DNA of 64,000 bases from a virus, in IMG/VR virus record IMGVR_UViG_3300042507_003741, positions 17,602 to 81,601 of that record, one strand, 5' to 3'. Below, in pieces: positions 28,829 to 38,997 of this stretch. The notes below the pieces were generated by a model that ran no database searches, was not told the DNA's origin, and saw nothing but the letters and a program-made list of their open reading frames with translations. The translations under genes were made by a program, and so were the position numbers. Numbering within the stretch: the stretch's first letter is position 1; each line of letters starts with the position of its first letter.

Positions 28829-29713
28829 CTACACCCCCGTGTCTGCGCCCGAAGGCGAGTAGTACCCAAGTGAACGCGGGCCGCTCACAACGATGCCGTC
28901 TGGGCGAGTACCACTGAGCGGCGCCACCACGTCCGCCTCAAAGGCCATCCGCAGGTCGCGGGCGTAGACGGTCAGCGATCCCTCGACGTTCTTGCCCATC
29001 ATCTTGGCGACCCACACCTCTGCACCGGACAGCACTGCCGTGAACATGGTGTCGCTCACGTCGAGGTAGTCCGACACGACTGTCTTGGCGTTGGCGGGCG
29101 GTGTGCCCACCAGACTTCCTGCGACCCCGATGATTTCTTCGGCCGTGAACGGGTTGATCCCCGCTGGCCCCTCCGGAAAGGCGGTGGCCGTGCCGTAACG
29201 CTTCACCAGCCCCGTCGTGGACAGCGATCCATTCCGGCTCGCTGCCTCGTAGCCCATGTACCGCAGTGGGGCAGGCTTCCGCCGGTAGGTGTAGGTCAGC
29301 GTTTGCGTGATGTCCGGGTCGCCGACGACCTTCAAGGCCCAGCGGTCGTAGAGCGTCGGATGCTTGACGACGGTCCACAGAATGGGCGAGTTGAGTTCCG
29401 GCAGCACGACGTTGAGTCGCGTCCACTCCATCGGCGTGACGTACTTCACAGACGACGGACTCGTCACGGGCGGGATGATGGAATCCACGTTCCGCACATT
29501 CGCCGGCAGCGTGTAGGTGAAGCCGGGACCGCCGCCGGCGTCGGGCGTGGTCAGGGTGGCTGTCGTGACGTGCCAGTTCCAGTCGCGGGCGTGCGTCACG
29601 TCGCGGTGGGCGTGGTGTGCAGCGGCCCGCAGCAGGCGATGCTCGCTGTCCTGAGCCCCGCCGCCAACGGAGTTCATCAGGTACTCTAGAATGTCCTGCC
29701 CGCAGTAGTACAT
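28829..29713 (-). CDS. head-tail adaptor-like protein
   Basis: GGAQDSEHR..RDW.W, YTYRR; homologue of 62594-63733. Confidence 0.65.
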   Translation of the reverse strand: MYYCGQDILEYLMNSVGGGAQDSEHRLLRAAAHHAHRDVTHARDWNWHVTTATLTTPDAGGGPGFTYTLPANVRNVDSIIPPVTSPSSVKYVTPMEWTRLNVVLPELNSPILWTVVKHPTLYDRWALKVVGDPDITQTLTYTYRRKPAPLRYMGYEAASRNGSLSTTGLVKRYGTATAFPEGPAGINPFTAEEIIGVAGSLVGTPPANAKTVVSDYLDVSDTMFTAVLSGAEVWVAKMMGKNVEGSLTVYARDLRMAFEADVVAPLSGTRPDGIVVSGPRSLGYYSPSGADTGV

Positions 29714-29738
29714 CGACGCCCCCTGCGTGACCGGATAA

Positions 29739-30068
29739 TCAGCCCTTCACGCTCACGCGGAACGTCGCCGTGCCCGCGTTCGTCACCGCCACGATGAACG
29801 GAGCGGCGAACAGGGCATCTGGCAGCGTGTAGGCGTTGTTGGCCGCAATGGTCGTGGTCACGCCCGAGCCGTCCGCATTGAGCGGCACGGGCGTGAGTTC
29901 CGGGCCGAAGGCGACATGCCACGTAAGCGTCGTGGCACTGGACACGGCGTCCACGATGAGCACGCCGCCGGCTGCGGCAGCGAACGGAATCTTGGGGCTG
30001 GTGCTGGTGCTGTTCGTGGCGACGAACGTGCCCGTCACGGAGTTGAGTCGCTCGATCTTGTTCGGCAT
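29739..30068 (-). CDS. hypothetical virion protein
   Basis: Beta-rich small protein in structural operon. Confidence 0.6.
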   Translation of the reverse strand: MPNKIERLNSVTGTFVATNSTSTSPKIPFAAAAGGVLIVDAVSSATTLTWHVAFGPELTPVPLNADGSGVTTTIAANNAYTLPDALFAAPFIVAVTNAGTATFRVSVKG

Positions 30069-30622
30069 TACTTCTTCTTCCTTTTCCAGTGGGGCACGAT
30101 GCGGTCCTTCACCTTCTCGATGGCCTCGCCACGCTTGAGTTTCGGGTTGTTCTTCATCTCTTCCCGGACATGCTCACGCAGGATGCGGGGGTTGATGTCC
30201 ACTTCCTTCGGCGGCCCCTTCTCCGGCGGCACGTAGTCCACGATGCCGTGAACCTCCAGGTCGCGCTTCTTGGCGACCCGCAGAATGTCGGCGGTCGAGT
30301 CCACCCACGCCTCCGGGTCGCGGTGGCCCCGCTTGTCCGCGATGCCGCCCATGTAGAACTTGCCGGTGGTGTTGATCCCGGCGGCGCGGGCTTGCCCAAT
30401 CAGCCAGTCCGCCTGCTTGCGGGGAATGTTGTTGAGCCACTCGCCACCCAGCCGACCCTGCATGAAAGCCCGGTCGCTGCCTCGCGTGCCAGGAGGCTGA
30501 CGCAGGGCGCACATGGCCGCAAACCGCTCCGTCTGCCCGTCCGCAATGAGGCGGGCGTAGTGCGTGCGGACCTCCGCACTGGAGGCGGCAATCTCTGGCG
30601 GGAGTTGAATGGCAGTTTTCAT
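30068..30622 (-). CDS. hypothetical protein
   Basis: ORF directly after portal. Confidence 0.65.
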   Translation of the reverse strand: MKTAIQLPPEIAASSAEVRTHYARLIADGQTERFAAMCALRQPPGTRGSDRAFMQGRLGGEWLNNIPRKQADWLIGQARAAGINTTGKFYMGGIADKRGHRDPEAWVDSTADILRVAKKRDLEVHGIVDYVPPEKGPPKEVDINPRILREHVREEMKNNPKLKRGEAIEKVKDRIVPHWKRKKK

Positions 30623-30645
30623 GGCACCTATAGGTTCTTGTCCTG

Positions 30646-32688
30646 TCACGGCTGCATCTCGGGCGGCACCTGCGGGGGCGGACCTTCTGGCATCGGTGGC
30701 GGCTGATCGGGTGCGGCACCCTCTGGGCCAGCAGGCGGACCTGGAGGCATTCCAGGAGGGCCGGGAGGAGGAGGCGGTGGCGGCGGAGGCGGAAGCAGGT
30801 ACGGCTTGGCGTCGATGTCCAGGCTGTCGGCCCAGTCAGAAATCAAGGCGTTCAGCGGATCCACCATCCCCATCGGAACCAGCCCTTGCAGGATCGGGCC
30901 AAGCGTCTGGAGTGCCGCCTGCATCTGCTCGACGCGGGTGGCCTTGTTGGGCTTGCGGGCTGACCCCGCCTCTACCCGGTACTCAAACTCACGGGCCACC
31001 GTCGCCGGGTCCATGCTGGCGATGTGCTGGCCCCATGCGGCAGCCCCCAGCGGACCGACGATGGACTCCACGTCCTGCGGCCGGAGCAGCCACCGGGCTG
31101 CCAGCGCCTCGCGGCGGGCCAGAAGGCTCATGGAGTCCTCCAGTCGATTCGCCATGTCGTCCGGACGAACAGACAGTTGCTCCGCCTTCACGTTGGCCTC
31201 TGTGGCACTCCGTATCTGGCTCGACGACATAGCGTACGCGAGTTCGGTGAGGCCAACGCGCTTGTCGAACTGCTGGGCAACAGCGTCCACGATACGCCAC
31301 AACTCCGGCGACACCTCCGGCAACTGGAACACCGAGATGAGGTCGTTGACGCTCCGTCCAAGCGTCTCGCTGATCTCCACGACCTTGAAGCCCTTTTCGG
31401 ACTGCGACAGGATTTGATCCTTGATGTCCTGGTCCGCAGCCTTGCTCACGCCAAGCAGCGTCTCGCAACTAGTGGCGACACGCTGGGCGATGAACGACAT
31501 CGCGAAGTTCAAGAACCGCAGTTCGCCGATGCCCGGCTTGATGTGGCTGATCGGCCACACGTAGCCCGGTTTGCGGTGGAAGTCGAGGGCCACGAACGGC
31601 CAGCCATTGGCCTCCGCCCAGAACGGGATCGGCCACTGCACGGCACGGAACAGTCCCGGAGGCATGCCGGTCGCCTCATCGACCTGCTCCTCTAATGCCG
31701 CTGGCGGCATGTTGAGCGGGTGCGGGATGCCCTCGCAGACGACGATGTAGCAGTTGTCGCCTACGGAATCGAACGTGCCGACCAGTTCCTTCGGCATGTC
31801 CTTGAGCCGGTCGCCCAGTCCCGTCTTGCTCCAAATCTTCCAGTAGGTGACCAGTTCGTTGGACTTGCCAGCCTTGCGTCCCTTGTAGGTCTGGTCGTCC
31901 TCCGTGAAGATTTGGTTGTCACCTTCGCCGTCAATCGGCTTGGCGCCGTCCAGGTGGCCCTTGAGTTGGTCGCGATCCAGCCCGTACTGGCGCGCCACCA
32001 CGTCGATTGGGTGCGTGCATCTCCGGGCGCACCATGTGATGTCCTCGATCTCGGTGGCGTCCGGATCGAGAGTGAAGTTGTCCACGCTGTCGGCAAACGA
32101 CCCGATGATGCCGATGTCTGAGCCTGGAATCGTAACCATCTCGGTCCACCACACGCCCATGCCCTTGATGATCGCCTCATCCACGACGCGACGGCTGTGC
32201 GTCTTGAGGTCGAGTTCGTTGGGCGTGTAGTTCAGATACCGCTCCATCAGCAATGCGGCGACCTTGCGGACTTCCGAGCGCTGCATCGTCTCCTGCGCCG
32301 CCTGCTGGTAGGCCATCATGGACTGCTCGTCCGCAACGCCCACGAGTTCCGGAGACACGAACGGGTACTTGGCCGGCGTCACCGTCCGCACCGGGTTGCG
32401 GTGGTAGATGACGCTGCCAAACAACTTCACGGCCTCAAACACGCGATTGACCTGCATGCGAAACGCAGGCGGGGCGATGGTCCGGTTGTAGCCGTACTCG
32501 TGGCGGGCGTAGGTGTCCTTCCAGAACCAGTTGTGCGGCCCGTCGAAGAACGACATGGCCTCCCGGCCGTCCTCCGTGAAAGGACGCTTGTGCTTGAGAG
32601 ACAGTTCGATCTTCTTGAGCCACCCATTCGCTAGAGAGCGAAGGGCGTCCTCACCCGTTCTTGGTTCCACCGTTTTGCTTCCTTGCAA
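30646..32688 (-). CDS. portal protein
   Basis: ~680 aa after terminase; SATEA..K motif, YRVEAGSARKP, Pro-rich tail typical of podovirus-like portals. Confidence 0.8.
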   Translation of the reverse strand: MQGSKTVEPRTGEDALRSLANGWLKKIELSLKHKRPFTEDGREAMSFFDGPHNWFWKDTYARHEYGYNRTIAPPAFRMQVNRVFEAVKLFGSVIYHRNPVRTVTPAKYPFVSPELVGVADEQSMMAYQQAAQETMQRSEVRKVAALLMERYLNYTPNELDLKTHSRRVVDEAIIKGMGVWWTEMVTIPGSDIGIIGSFADSVDNFTLDPDATEIEDITWCARRCTHPIDVVARQYGLDRDQLKGHLDGAKPIDGEGDNQIFTEDDQTYKGRKAGKSNELVTYWKIWSKTGLGDRLKDMPKELVGTFDSVGDNCYIVVCEGIPHPLNMPPAALEEQVDEATGMPPGLFRAVQWPIPFWAEANGWPFVALDFHRKPGYVWPISHIKPGIGELRFLNFAMSFIAQRVATSCETLLGVSKAADQDIKDQILSQSEKGFKVVEISETLGRSVNDLISVFQLPEVSPELWRIVDAVAQQFDKRVGLTELAYAMSSSQIRSATEANVKAEQLSVRPDDMANRLEDSMSLLARREALAARWLLRPQDVESIVGPLGAAAWGQHIASMDPATVAREFEYRVEAGSARKPNKATRVEQMQAALQTLGPILQGLVPMGMVDPLNALISDWADSLDIDAKPYLLPPPPPPPPPPGPPGMPPGPPAGPEGAAPDQPPPMPEGPPPQVPPEMQP

Positions 32689-33010
32689 GGGCCACCTGTT
32701 CCGTCAGGCTGGCGATCTGAGCCACGAGGCCGTCCATCTTTCGCATCTGCGCAGACTGCGGCGTGAAGTCCCAGCAGCCCCACTGCCGCCACTCGGAGTG
32801 TTCCTGCAAGCCGGGATCGTCCTTGTGCCGCACGGACGGACGCTCCAGGAAACCTGTGTTCGGAGAGAAGGTGAGGACACTGACCGTCATGACGCCCGGC
32901 CGCTCCACGATCCACCCGAGCGTCGGCTCGTTGCAGTTGAGCGGGTCGTGATACCAGTAGACGCTGTCGCCAACGCGGACCGTCGGAGGACTAAAGGACT
33001 CGACTTCCAT
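32651..33010 (-). CDS. hypothetical protein
   Basis: ORF between terminase and portal. Confidence 0.65.
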   Translation of the reverse strand: MEVESFSPPTVRVGDSVYWYHDPLNCNEPTLGWIVERPGVMTVSVLTFSPNTGFLERPSVRHKDDPGLQEHSEWRQWGCWDFTPQSAQMRKMDGLVAQIASLTEQVALARKQNGGTKNG

Positions 33011-34697
33011 ACTTTGCTCCTGACTGTGGGCCTAAGAAGATGAACTCGTCGGAATCGGCTGCGAGACGCTTCTTGCGTTTCCGCATCCAATCGACGTACC
33101 AAGGATCGGGGCCGACATCGACTTTAGGCTTGTGCCAGCGAGGTCGATAGGCACAGAGGTACTCCAAACACTGGCAGGCATGGACTTCCCCCCGCGTGTT
33201 CGGCTGGTCCGTTACCACGTAGGCTCCGCCCACCAACTGGGTCTTGTGCTTGTACCGCCTGAGTTCCCGCTCCAGGTCGGGGACGGCATTTCGCAGCACC
33301 CGCAGCATGGGCCTGCCGTCAGGGCGGATGTGCAGGTAGTTCCGGACAGCCGACATGCGGGCCTGCACGTCGTCGCACCCCGCCAGGAAACTGTGCCCCG
33401 TCGTCTCGCTGGACACACCCTGCGACTTGAGTTGCTCGGTGTACAGTTCCACCGGCAGGCGTCCTGAGCCGATCTCGCGAAGCCGGCCGCCGTGCATGTC
33501 GATGATGAAGGCGTAGAAGTTCTGGCCCTTGCACTTCTCCTGCATCTTCTCGCCAAACACGATGGCGTTGCAGTTGCGAATGTAGAGTTGGTCGTAGATC
33601 AGCAGCATCGACTCGTCAGGCGGCACGGCGGCGAATAGCACCGACGTGACGGCGTGACCAGGGTCGATGGCGGCGTACCGGCACCAATCGTTCGGCACGG
33701 TCAGGTTCTCCAGTTCCGTCCGGTCGTAGCCGTGAACGTGCATGGCGAACGTCGGGTAGCAGAGGATCGAGTCGCTGATGAACTCGCCCTCGCTGCGCAT
33801 CCGCAGCACGTCGTCTCCCAATGCCGCCCAGCCTTCGATGCGCTTCCGCTTCTCGTCGTCCGGGATGTGCGGGTTGTCCAGGAATCGGAGTTGGAACTTG
33901 ACGATGGTCGGGTTCTCGACGCCCTCCTCCGCCAACTTGTCGGCCCGCTCGGCGAGCGACTGGAGCGAGTCGTTCCGGCTGTGCGGCATGGCCGACCACG
34001 CAAATACGCCGCGACGATCCGAGAGGCGGGCCTGCATCTCCGGAACCCACGCATCGCCGTTGTTCACGTCTTCGTCGATGTGGACGCGGTTCGCCTGCCA
34101 GCCCTGCGGCGGCTCTCCTTCCGACGAGAAGAAGTAGAGTTGCCAGCCGTTGGTCAGCGTGCAGGACTGGATGTAGCGAGCGGACTTCAGAATCCACGAC
34201 TTCTTCGCCACCATGCGAGGCGGAATCAGCGGCGGGGCAGGCTTGGCCTCACGCTCACGGGCAGAGTCGGTCGCCGGGTTGAAGGCCCGCCACTCGCCGG
34301 TCTTCTCGTCCTTGATGATCTTGAACGCCCCAGCCATGAACAGCATGGGGTAGACCACAAGGCCGATGTGCTTCCAGTCCTTACCAACGATGGCGAGGAT
34401 GCCGTCCTTCTCGGGGTACTTCCCGTGCGGGTCTTTCCCGCAGACGGCACGGGCGTCCTCCACGAACGTGCAGAGCGACTTGCCGGAGCGGTTGCCGCCC
34501 AGCACGAGCATCTCACTCGACCGGGACTGGTGGACTTCCTCCTGCTTGGGCGTCGGCTGGTAGAGCCGCAATGCCTCGATCCGGCGGCTCGCCAACTCCG
34601 CCTGCATCTCCTTGAGTTCGCTCTGCTGGAACGACCCCAATCGCTTGACGGACGGCAGCGGCGAAATCTGAGGGGGTTTGCGGCGTGACTTCGACAT
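32991..34697 (-). CDS. terL: terminase large subunit
   Basis: Walker A GGNRSGKS, Walker B VHIDED, RNase H-like AAIDPG. Confidence 0.9.
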   Translation of the reverse strand: MSKSRRKPPQISPLPSVKRLGSFQQSELKEMQAELASRRIEALRLYQPTPKQEEVHQSRSSEMLVLGGNRSGKSLCTFVEDARAVCGKDPHGKYPEKDGILAIVGKDWKHIGLVVYPMLFMAGAFKIIKDEKTGEWRAFNPATDSAREREAKPAPPLIPPRMVAKKSWILKSARYIQSCTLTNGWQLYFFSSEGEPPQGWQANRVHIDEDVNNGDAWVPEMQARLSDRRGVFAWSAMPHSRNDSLQSLAERADKLAEEGVENPTIVKFQLRFLDNPHIPDDEKRKRIEGWAALGDDVLRMRSEGEFISDSILCYPTFAMHVHGYDRTELENLTVPNDWCRYAAIDPGHAVTSVLFAAVPPDESMLLIYDQLYIRNCNAIVFGEKMQEKCKGQNFYAFIIDMHGGRLREIGSGRLPVELYTEQLKSQGVSSETTGHSFLAGCDDVQARMSAVRNYLHIRPDGRPMLRVLRNAVPDLERELRRYKHKTQLVGGAYVVTDQPNTRGEVHACQCLEYLCAYRPRWHKPKVDVGPDPWYVDWMRKRKKRLAADSDEFIFLGPQSGAKYGSRVL

Positions 34698-35190
34698 TGA
34701 GGAAACCTCCACCAATACTCATGGCAATGCGGCTGAGACGCTGATCCAACTCGGACTCCAACTCCTCGTCAGACCACTGGGTCAGCGGCTTCTTCGCCCC
34801 GCCCAGTTCGGTGTTCTTCGTGACAAGGCGGACGATGCCCTCCAGCAACTTGGTGCGGTGCGAGCCGCCGGGAGGGGCGTCGAAATACTGCTTGACCATC
34901 ATGGCGGCAAACCCGTTGGACCCGCCGAAATACTCCATCAGCCGCTCCAGGAGTTCGCTGGAGTGCGGGATGTTCTCCCCTCCCCTGCCAGCCGCCTTCG
35001 CGAAAGCGTCGAGGGCACCCTCCTCGATTGCGGCCATGTCCCGCTTCTTCTGCTTCAACTTCTTGCCGCGATTCACCTTCGCACGGCACATGACGCAGCG
35101 GGGATCCCACGACCCATCCTTCTTGACGCGGAAGTGGTTTCTGGAAAGTGGAAAGGACTGGCCGCAGTCGGTGCAGGTCTTGTCGCTCAT
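34513..35190 (-). CDS. Zn-finger protein, possible terminase small subunit
   Basis: CTDC..CVMC; directly upstream of terL; WSDEELE motif. Confidence 0.5.
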   Translation of the reverse strand: MSDKTCTDCGQSFPLSRNHFRVKKDGSWDPRCVMCRAKVNRGKKLKQKKRDMAAIEEGALDAFAKAAGRGGENIPHSSELLERLMEYFGGSNGFAAMMVKQYFDAPPGGSHRTKLLEGIVRLVTKNTELGGAKKPLTQWSDEELESELDQRLSRIAMSIGGGFLNVEVTPQTPSDFAAAVRQAIGVVPAERTQGDAGGVGEPPDRGIAALPADAQAGGSPPVPVE

Positions 35191-35597
35191 GATGCGGACG
35201 CTCCTCCCCAGTAGGGCTTGCAGTTACCGCACGCGCAGCGTCCCTCCAGGTACAGGGCGGCATATCGCAGAAGTTGCGGGCTGTCCCGAAAGTGCCCCAG
35301 ACCCAAGTTGCATCGGCTGCACAACGCGCCGCGAACACGCCCCGTTGCATGATCGTGGTCGATGGCAAGTTGCATCTTCTGCGTTTCGCCGCAGATGACG
35401 CACTGCCGCACTGCCCTTGCTTCCATTGCACGCGCAATATCTAGGACGCCCTCCGGAACCCTAGTGGCTTTGCGGTACGCAGACCGGCACTCGCGACACC
35501 ACGAGTCCAGCCCGTTCTTTTTGCGCGAATTGGGAGGGAAGTTGGTGAGGTCGCCGGTTTTTGGGACTCTGCATTTCGTGCAAGTCAGCAATCCCAT
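35187..35597 (-). CDS. endonuclease VII-family protein
   Basis: CVICG, IDHDHATGRVRGALCSRCNLGLG. Confidence 0.85.
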   Translation of the reverse strand: MGLLTCTKCRVPKTGDLTNFPPNSRKKNGLDSWCRECRSAYRKATRVPEGVLDIARAMEARAVRQCVICGETQKMQLAIDHDHATGRVRGALCSRCNLGLGHFRDSPQLLRYAALYLEGRCACGNCKPYWGGASAS

Positions 35598-35872
35598 GCT
35601 CGCCTCGCTTTAATTAGACGACTGTCAGGGTCTTTTGCTGCCTCCGGAAACATCTTGGCCTGACCTGCGCTGCGGGCACAGAAAGACTTGCGTCTCGCTT
35701 GATCCGCCGCGTCTGGATCGCCTGCCTTGACTGGCGGCTTGAGGTTGGCGTCGTTCTCGCGGTTGTAGGCAGCACGCCCAGCGGCATTCAGACCGCCCTC
35801 TGGGCTTTGCCCTTCCTTGCGAGTCCACGCTGCCGACTTCAGTTTCCGCACCCGGTCGCCATGCTCATCCAT
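35585..35872 (-). CDS. DUF6321-like protein
   Basis: AWTRKEGQ..GGLN..GR..Y, RRKSFCAR. Confidence 0.7.
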   Translation of the reverse strand: MDEHGDRVRKLKSAAWTRKEGQSPEGGLNAAGRAAYNRENDANLKPPVKAGDPDAADQARRKSFCARSAGQAKMFPEAAKDPDSRLIKARRAWDC

Positions 35873-35875
35873 GCG

Positions 35876-36058
35876 TCACCTGTCCGCCTGCGGGACCGAC
35901 GAGATCATCGGGGCCATGCCGTCCTTCGGGGCCGGAACGCGACCGGCACCCACCTCCCGCTTGGCCTTGAAGTCCTCCAACTCCGGGAAGTCCAGCAGCC
36001 CCGCCGTGTGCAACTGGGCCATGATCGCCTGCCGGTCAGGCTGATCGAACTGGCTCAT
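35876..36058 (-). CDS. hypothetical protein
   Basis: Short ORF; start may be GTG at 36085. Confidence 0.5.
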   Translation of the reverse strand: MSQFDQPDRQAIMAQLHTAGLLDFPELEDFKAKREVGAGRVPAPKDGMAPMISSVPQADR

Positions 36059-36108
36059 CGGACTAGGTTCATTGGGAAGCGACACTGTCGATACTCCCTG
36101 TACAAAGG

Positions 36109-36152
36109 GCAGGGGCCGCAGGTGGGCGTCCTTCCCCTCCTGCGGCCCCTGC
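36109..36152 (-). terminator. strong hairpin after capsid genes
   Basis: 14-bp perfect stem GCAGGGGCCGCAGG/CCTGCGGCCCCTGC followed by CCTTTGT on minus strand. Confidence 0.55.
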
Positions 36153-36178
36153 AACGTCGCGACGTGAGATGCACCGAA

Positions 36179-36715
36179 TCAGAAGCCAGCGGCCGTGCGG
36201 ACCAGAATCCGCCCGGAGGTCGTGGCGCTCGTCGCGATGGCGAAGCCCAGAAGCGGGTTCGTGGACTGGGCCGCCGCCGAGCCGGCCGTCGCCGACAGAC
36301 CGTACGAGGCACCGGCCGCCACGCTGGTCGCCGTCTTGGTGACCGTCGAGGGACCGCGCACCACCAGCCAGAACACCTCGTTGTTGGGCACGCCGGCCGC
36401 CGGGAGGTACTCGTCCACGACGCCCATGAGGGCAGTCGAGGTCGTCGCCAGACCGTCCACTTCGGACAGGATGGCAGCGTCCTTGAACTTGGCGACCGCA
36501 CCCGGCACGAGGGCCGAACCGCTCGTGTTCTTCACGGCGATGCACTCGACCGTCCGGTTGCTCTTGAGAGCGCCGGTCTTCGGGTCTTCATCGCGGAACA
36601 CCTTGCGGACGCCCACGACGTTGGAGCCGTCGCCGTTCTCGGCCTCGTACAGCGTCACGGTGACGCCAAGCGTCTGGCCGCGAGCAAATCCGGGATCAGC
36701 AGTCAGCGTACTCAT
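36179..36715 (-). CDS. capsid decoration/cement-like protein
   Basis: Follows capsid gene; GVVDEYL..FWLVVRGP. Confidence 0.6.
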   Translation of the reverse strand: MSTLTADPGFARGQTLGVTVTLYEAENGDGSNVVGVRKVFRDEDPKTGALKSNRTVECIAVKNTSGSALVPGAVAKFKDAAILSEVDGLATTSTALMGVVDEYLPAAGVPNNEVFWLVVRGPSTVTKTATSVAAGASYGLSATAGSAAAQSTNPLLGFAIATSATTSGRILVRTAAGF

Positions 36716-36751
36716 CTGCGAGGAATCTCCTTCTCTGGTTGCTGGCAGGGG

Positions 36752-37870
36752 TCAGGCGAGGGCCGCGAACTTCACAAAGTTGCGGGGCGACTTCATCTTG
36801 ATGTTGGCGAGAACCGACACGGCGTAGCGGTACGCGGAAAGTTCCTCGTTGTAGAACGGTCCCTCCGCTTCCAGCAGGTTGCCGGTCATCACCTTCATCT
36901 CCATGTTGCCGATGGAGAGGGCATAGCCCACGCCCGGCGGCACGGCGTAGTCCGACGCGGTTTCGATGCCGTCGATTTCGACCACATCGCCGAAGCCGTA
37001 GGACTTCAGACCGTTGGTCTTCGACACGATGGCCCGCTCGCGGCTGTCCAGCCGGTTGAGGAACTGGATGTACATCGACCGATCCAGGAGGATCATGTCG
37101 ATCTGGTTCTCGCGAGTGTCGTTCCGCTTTGCGTGGTTGACCGACTCGCGGATCGCCTCGATGCACTGATCCTTCCAGGTCGCCGTCGCACCGCCGAAGG
37201 CCGTGCTGGTGTAGTTGCAGACCAGGGGCGACCAGAAGTCGTACTCCGGATCGGCCGGAACGCGGGGCCACGAGCCGGTCGCCAACTGCGATCCAGCGTA
37301 CTGACCCAGGCCCGTCTTCAGACCGGCGTACTCGTCGTTCGGGAAGCCGAAGGGGTCGGCGGGATCCGCCGTCCGCTGGGCACCGGTGGCGACGTTGACC
37401 GTCCCGTTCACGGCGAACATGGACTCAAGCCCATGCCACCGATTCTCGTTGCCGCTGGCGTACCCGTCGATGAACACCTCCTTGGCGAGATGCTCCTGCA
37501 TCGACTCCGTGAGCCGGTTCGTCATCTTCCCGGCCACGTCGATGAGTTGGGCCTGACCGCGATTCTCCAGCATCTCCCGCTTGGTGATCTGATCGGTGAC
37601 CGAATAGCCCCGATACGGGAGGTTGGCTCGCTGCCAGAGCGCGTGGCGTGCGAAGACTCGCGGCGACTCGCCCGTGTACGTGGACACGGGGATGTTGCGA
37701 TAGCGCACCTGCCAGTCAAAGCCACGACCTCCCTGATTCATGGCGACGTTGCCGTTCGCCTGGAGGGCCGCGAAGACCTTGAACTTGCGGAAGGTCGTCT
37801 GCTCCTCTTCCTTCAGATGGAGGGTCAGAGTAGTTCCGATAGAACGAGCCCAGTCAACGCTTGACGCCAT
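36752..37870 (-). CDS. major capsid protein
   Basis: 372 aa after scaffold; E..ENRG.AQLID, .GLES.F, C-terminal SPRNF. Confidence 0.8.
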   Translation of the reverse strand: MASSVDWARSIGTTLTLHLKEEEQTTFRKFKVFAALQANGNVAMNQGGRGFDWQVRYRNIPVSTYTGESPRVFARHALWQRANLPYRGYSVTDQITKREMLENRGQAQLIDVAGKMTNRLTESMQEHLAKEVFIDGYASGNENRWHGLESMFAVNGTVNVATGAQRTADPADPFGFPNDEYAGLKTGLGQYAGSQLATGSWPRVPADPEYDFWSPLVCNYTSTAFGGATATWKDQCIEAIRESVNHAKRNDTRENQIDMILLDRSMYIQFLNRLDSRERAIVSKTNGLKSYGFGDVVEIDGIETASDYAVPPGVGYALSIGNMEMKVMTGNLLEAEGPFYNEELSAYRYAVSVLANIKMKSPRNFVKFAALA

Positions 37871-37884
37871 GTCGCGTTACCCTT

Positions 37885-38985
37885 TCAGTTGTGGCCGTCT
37901 CGTGCCAGTTGGCGAGCGAGACGCTGCTCAAAGGTCAGAGGTGCTTGCGGTGTTCTCGGGTCGCTTGACCCCGCAGCCCTACTCGGATTGCGAGACGCTT
38001 CCCTTCTAAGAAAATCTATGTCCTTCTCGGCCTGAGTTGCGGCATTGGCCGCTGGCGCCGGCGCAGCAGCGGCGGGCATCGCAGGTGCGTTTTGCTGCGG
38101 TAAAGCAGACTCAAACGCACTTCGCTGCGTGCTCTGCGACTGCATGCCACGCAGTCGATCAAGCAAATCACGCTCGATCATTTTCGTGGCATATTCCCAC
38201 CTCGCCTCTGCACTCTGGATGCCCATGCGAGAGGCTTCTTCGATGTACGTCTGCGCCGCCAAACCTTCGGCGGTGGGCGTCTTCCCGTCCGCCTCGTACA
38301 GCCAGTCGGCGTTCTCCTTCTCCAGCCCGGAAACGTACTGGTGCTGCTGCACCTCCTGGAACTGGCTCTCCACGATCTGCTGGGCCTGACGCTGGGCGAT
38401 CTCCTGGATCATCGGCCCCAGCGCCTCCTCCGGATTGGTGAGGAACTTCTGGGCGAAGTCGGCCTTGTACTTCTGGTACTCGTACAGGGCGTGCTTGGCG
38501 TCAAGCGGGGCGTCACCGGAAATGACCTCACGCCCGTTCTCGTCTTTCACGAGGTACTGCTTGTACGACTCGCGGACTTCCGGCGGGCTCCACCACTTCT
38601 TCACCGCCTCTGCGGCAGTGGTCTTCTGGAGAGGCTGCTGGGCGGCGGGTTGCTCTCGCTGGGAGGAGAGCCATCGCTCAAAGGGCTCTCGGTTCTGGAG
38701 GTACTGCTGGGCGTATGGGATGTACTGCTGGTACTGCTGGAGGGCTTGAGTTGCGGCTTTCTCCCGCTCCATAGAGGCATAGAGGCGGCGAGCAATCGCC
38801 AAGTCGTCCTGCCCCTGGAACTCATCGAGATTCTTGAAGGCGTCCCAGACCGACTGCTGTGGAGCCGGTGCAGCAGCCGCCGCAGGTGCAGTTTCCGGCG
38901 TCGAGGGGGCACTGGAGGTGCTTTCAGTCGAGGTGTCTGGCGTGGAGTCTACGGATTCGTCAATGACTGCTGATTCGTCGGACAT
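37885..38985 (-). CDS. scaffolding-like protein
   Basis: Acidic low-complexity N-terminus, Gln-rich coiled coil, upstream of capsid. Confidence 0.65.
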   Translation of the reverse strand: MSDESAVIDESVDSTPDTSTESTSSAPSTPETAPAAAAAPAPQQSVWDAFKNLDEFQGQDDLAIARRLYASMEREKAATQALQQYQQYIPYAQQYLQNREPFERWLSSQREQPAAQQPLQKTTAAEAVKKWWSPPEVRESYKQYLVKDENGREVISGDAPLDAKHALYEYQKYKADFAQKFLTNPEEALGPMIQEIAQRQAQQIVESQFQEVQQHQYVSGLEKENADWLYEADGKTPTAEGLAAQTYIEEASRMGIQSAEARWEYATKMIERDLLDRLRGMQSQSTQRSAFESALPQQNAPAMPAAAAPAPAANAATQAEKDIDFLRREASRNPSRAAGSSDPRTPQAPLTFEQRLARQLARDGHN

Positions 38986-38997
38986 GATTGCCTTTCT

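Noticed and set aside
30646-30800. Pro-rich GGA/GGC-type repeat as a distinct element
   Set aside because: Explained by the poly-proline C-terminal tail of the portal protein
35699-37864. Long plus-strand ORFs (also 16774-18654, 18811-20214, 25396-26919, 45610-47145, 51593-52933)
   Set aside because: Antisense shadows of well-supported minus-strand genes in GC-rich DNA, with no recognisable motifs
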